The notes below the pieces were generated by a model. It ran no database searches, was not told where the DNA came from, and worked only from the letters and a program-made list of their open reading frames with translations. Shown here piece by piece: positions 63,945 through 64,000 of a stretch of 64,000 bases of DNA. The stretch is from the human T2T-CHM13v2.0 reference genome, Homo sapiens, in NCBI RefSeq assembly GCF_009914755.1, contig NC_060925.1; one strand, 5' to 3'. Positions within the stretch are counted from its first letter, which is position 1. Each line of letters begins with the position of its first letter. Position numbers and translations under genes: made by a program.

Positions 63945-64000
63945 CCTGCGCGGTGGCTCACGCCTGTAATCCCAGCACTTTGGGAGGCAGAGGGGGTTGG
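63945..64000 (+). mobile_element. Alu 5' end (runs off the window)
   Basis: GCGGTGGCTCACGCCTGTAATCCCAGCACTTTGGGAGGC. Confidence 0.85.

Overview
Human (hominoid) genomic DNA from the S100 cluster of the epidermal differentiation complex (1q21.3), recognised from the S100A7/psoriasin gene. The only protein-coding gene I can support is S100A7 on the minus strand: non-coding exon 1 at about 15830-15872 under a TATA box, CDS in exons 14095-14235 and 13028-13192 (101 aa), and a polyA signal at 12984-12989. The rest is intergenic and rich in repeats: about 30 Alus, L1PA/L1M fragments, L2/MIR, several LTRs (ERVL solo LTR, MER21, MER4, MER11, MLT1A, MST, THE1), a truncated HERV16-type provirus, hAT DNA transposons and a 7SL pseudogene. 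Features the ORF track does not show: (i) a frameshifted S100A7-like exon-2 relic at 29606-29760, abutting a truncated ERV; (ii) several local templated duplications, namely a 194-bp direct copy and a 261-bp inverted copy (both about 96% identical), inverted Alu arms sharing private mutations, and a degenerate inverted repeat containing a fold-back micro-insertion; (iii) an Alu-left-arm plus full-length 7SL chimera; (iv) a convergent CTCF-motif pair; (v) an orphan AP-1/TATA promoter-like element near the window end. I see no new protein-coding system. Repeat subfamily names are recalled from consensus sequences, not from a RepeatMasker run, and most repeat boundaries are approximate.
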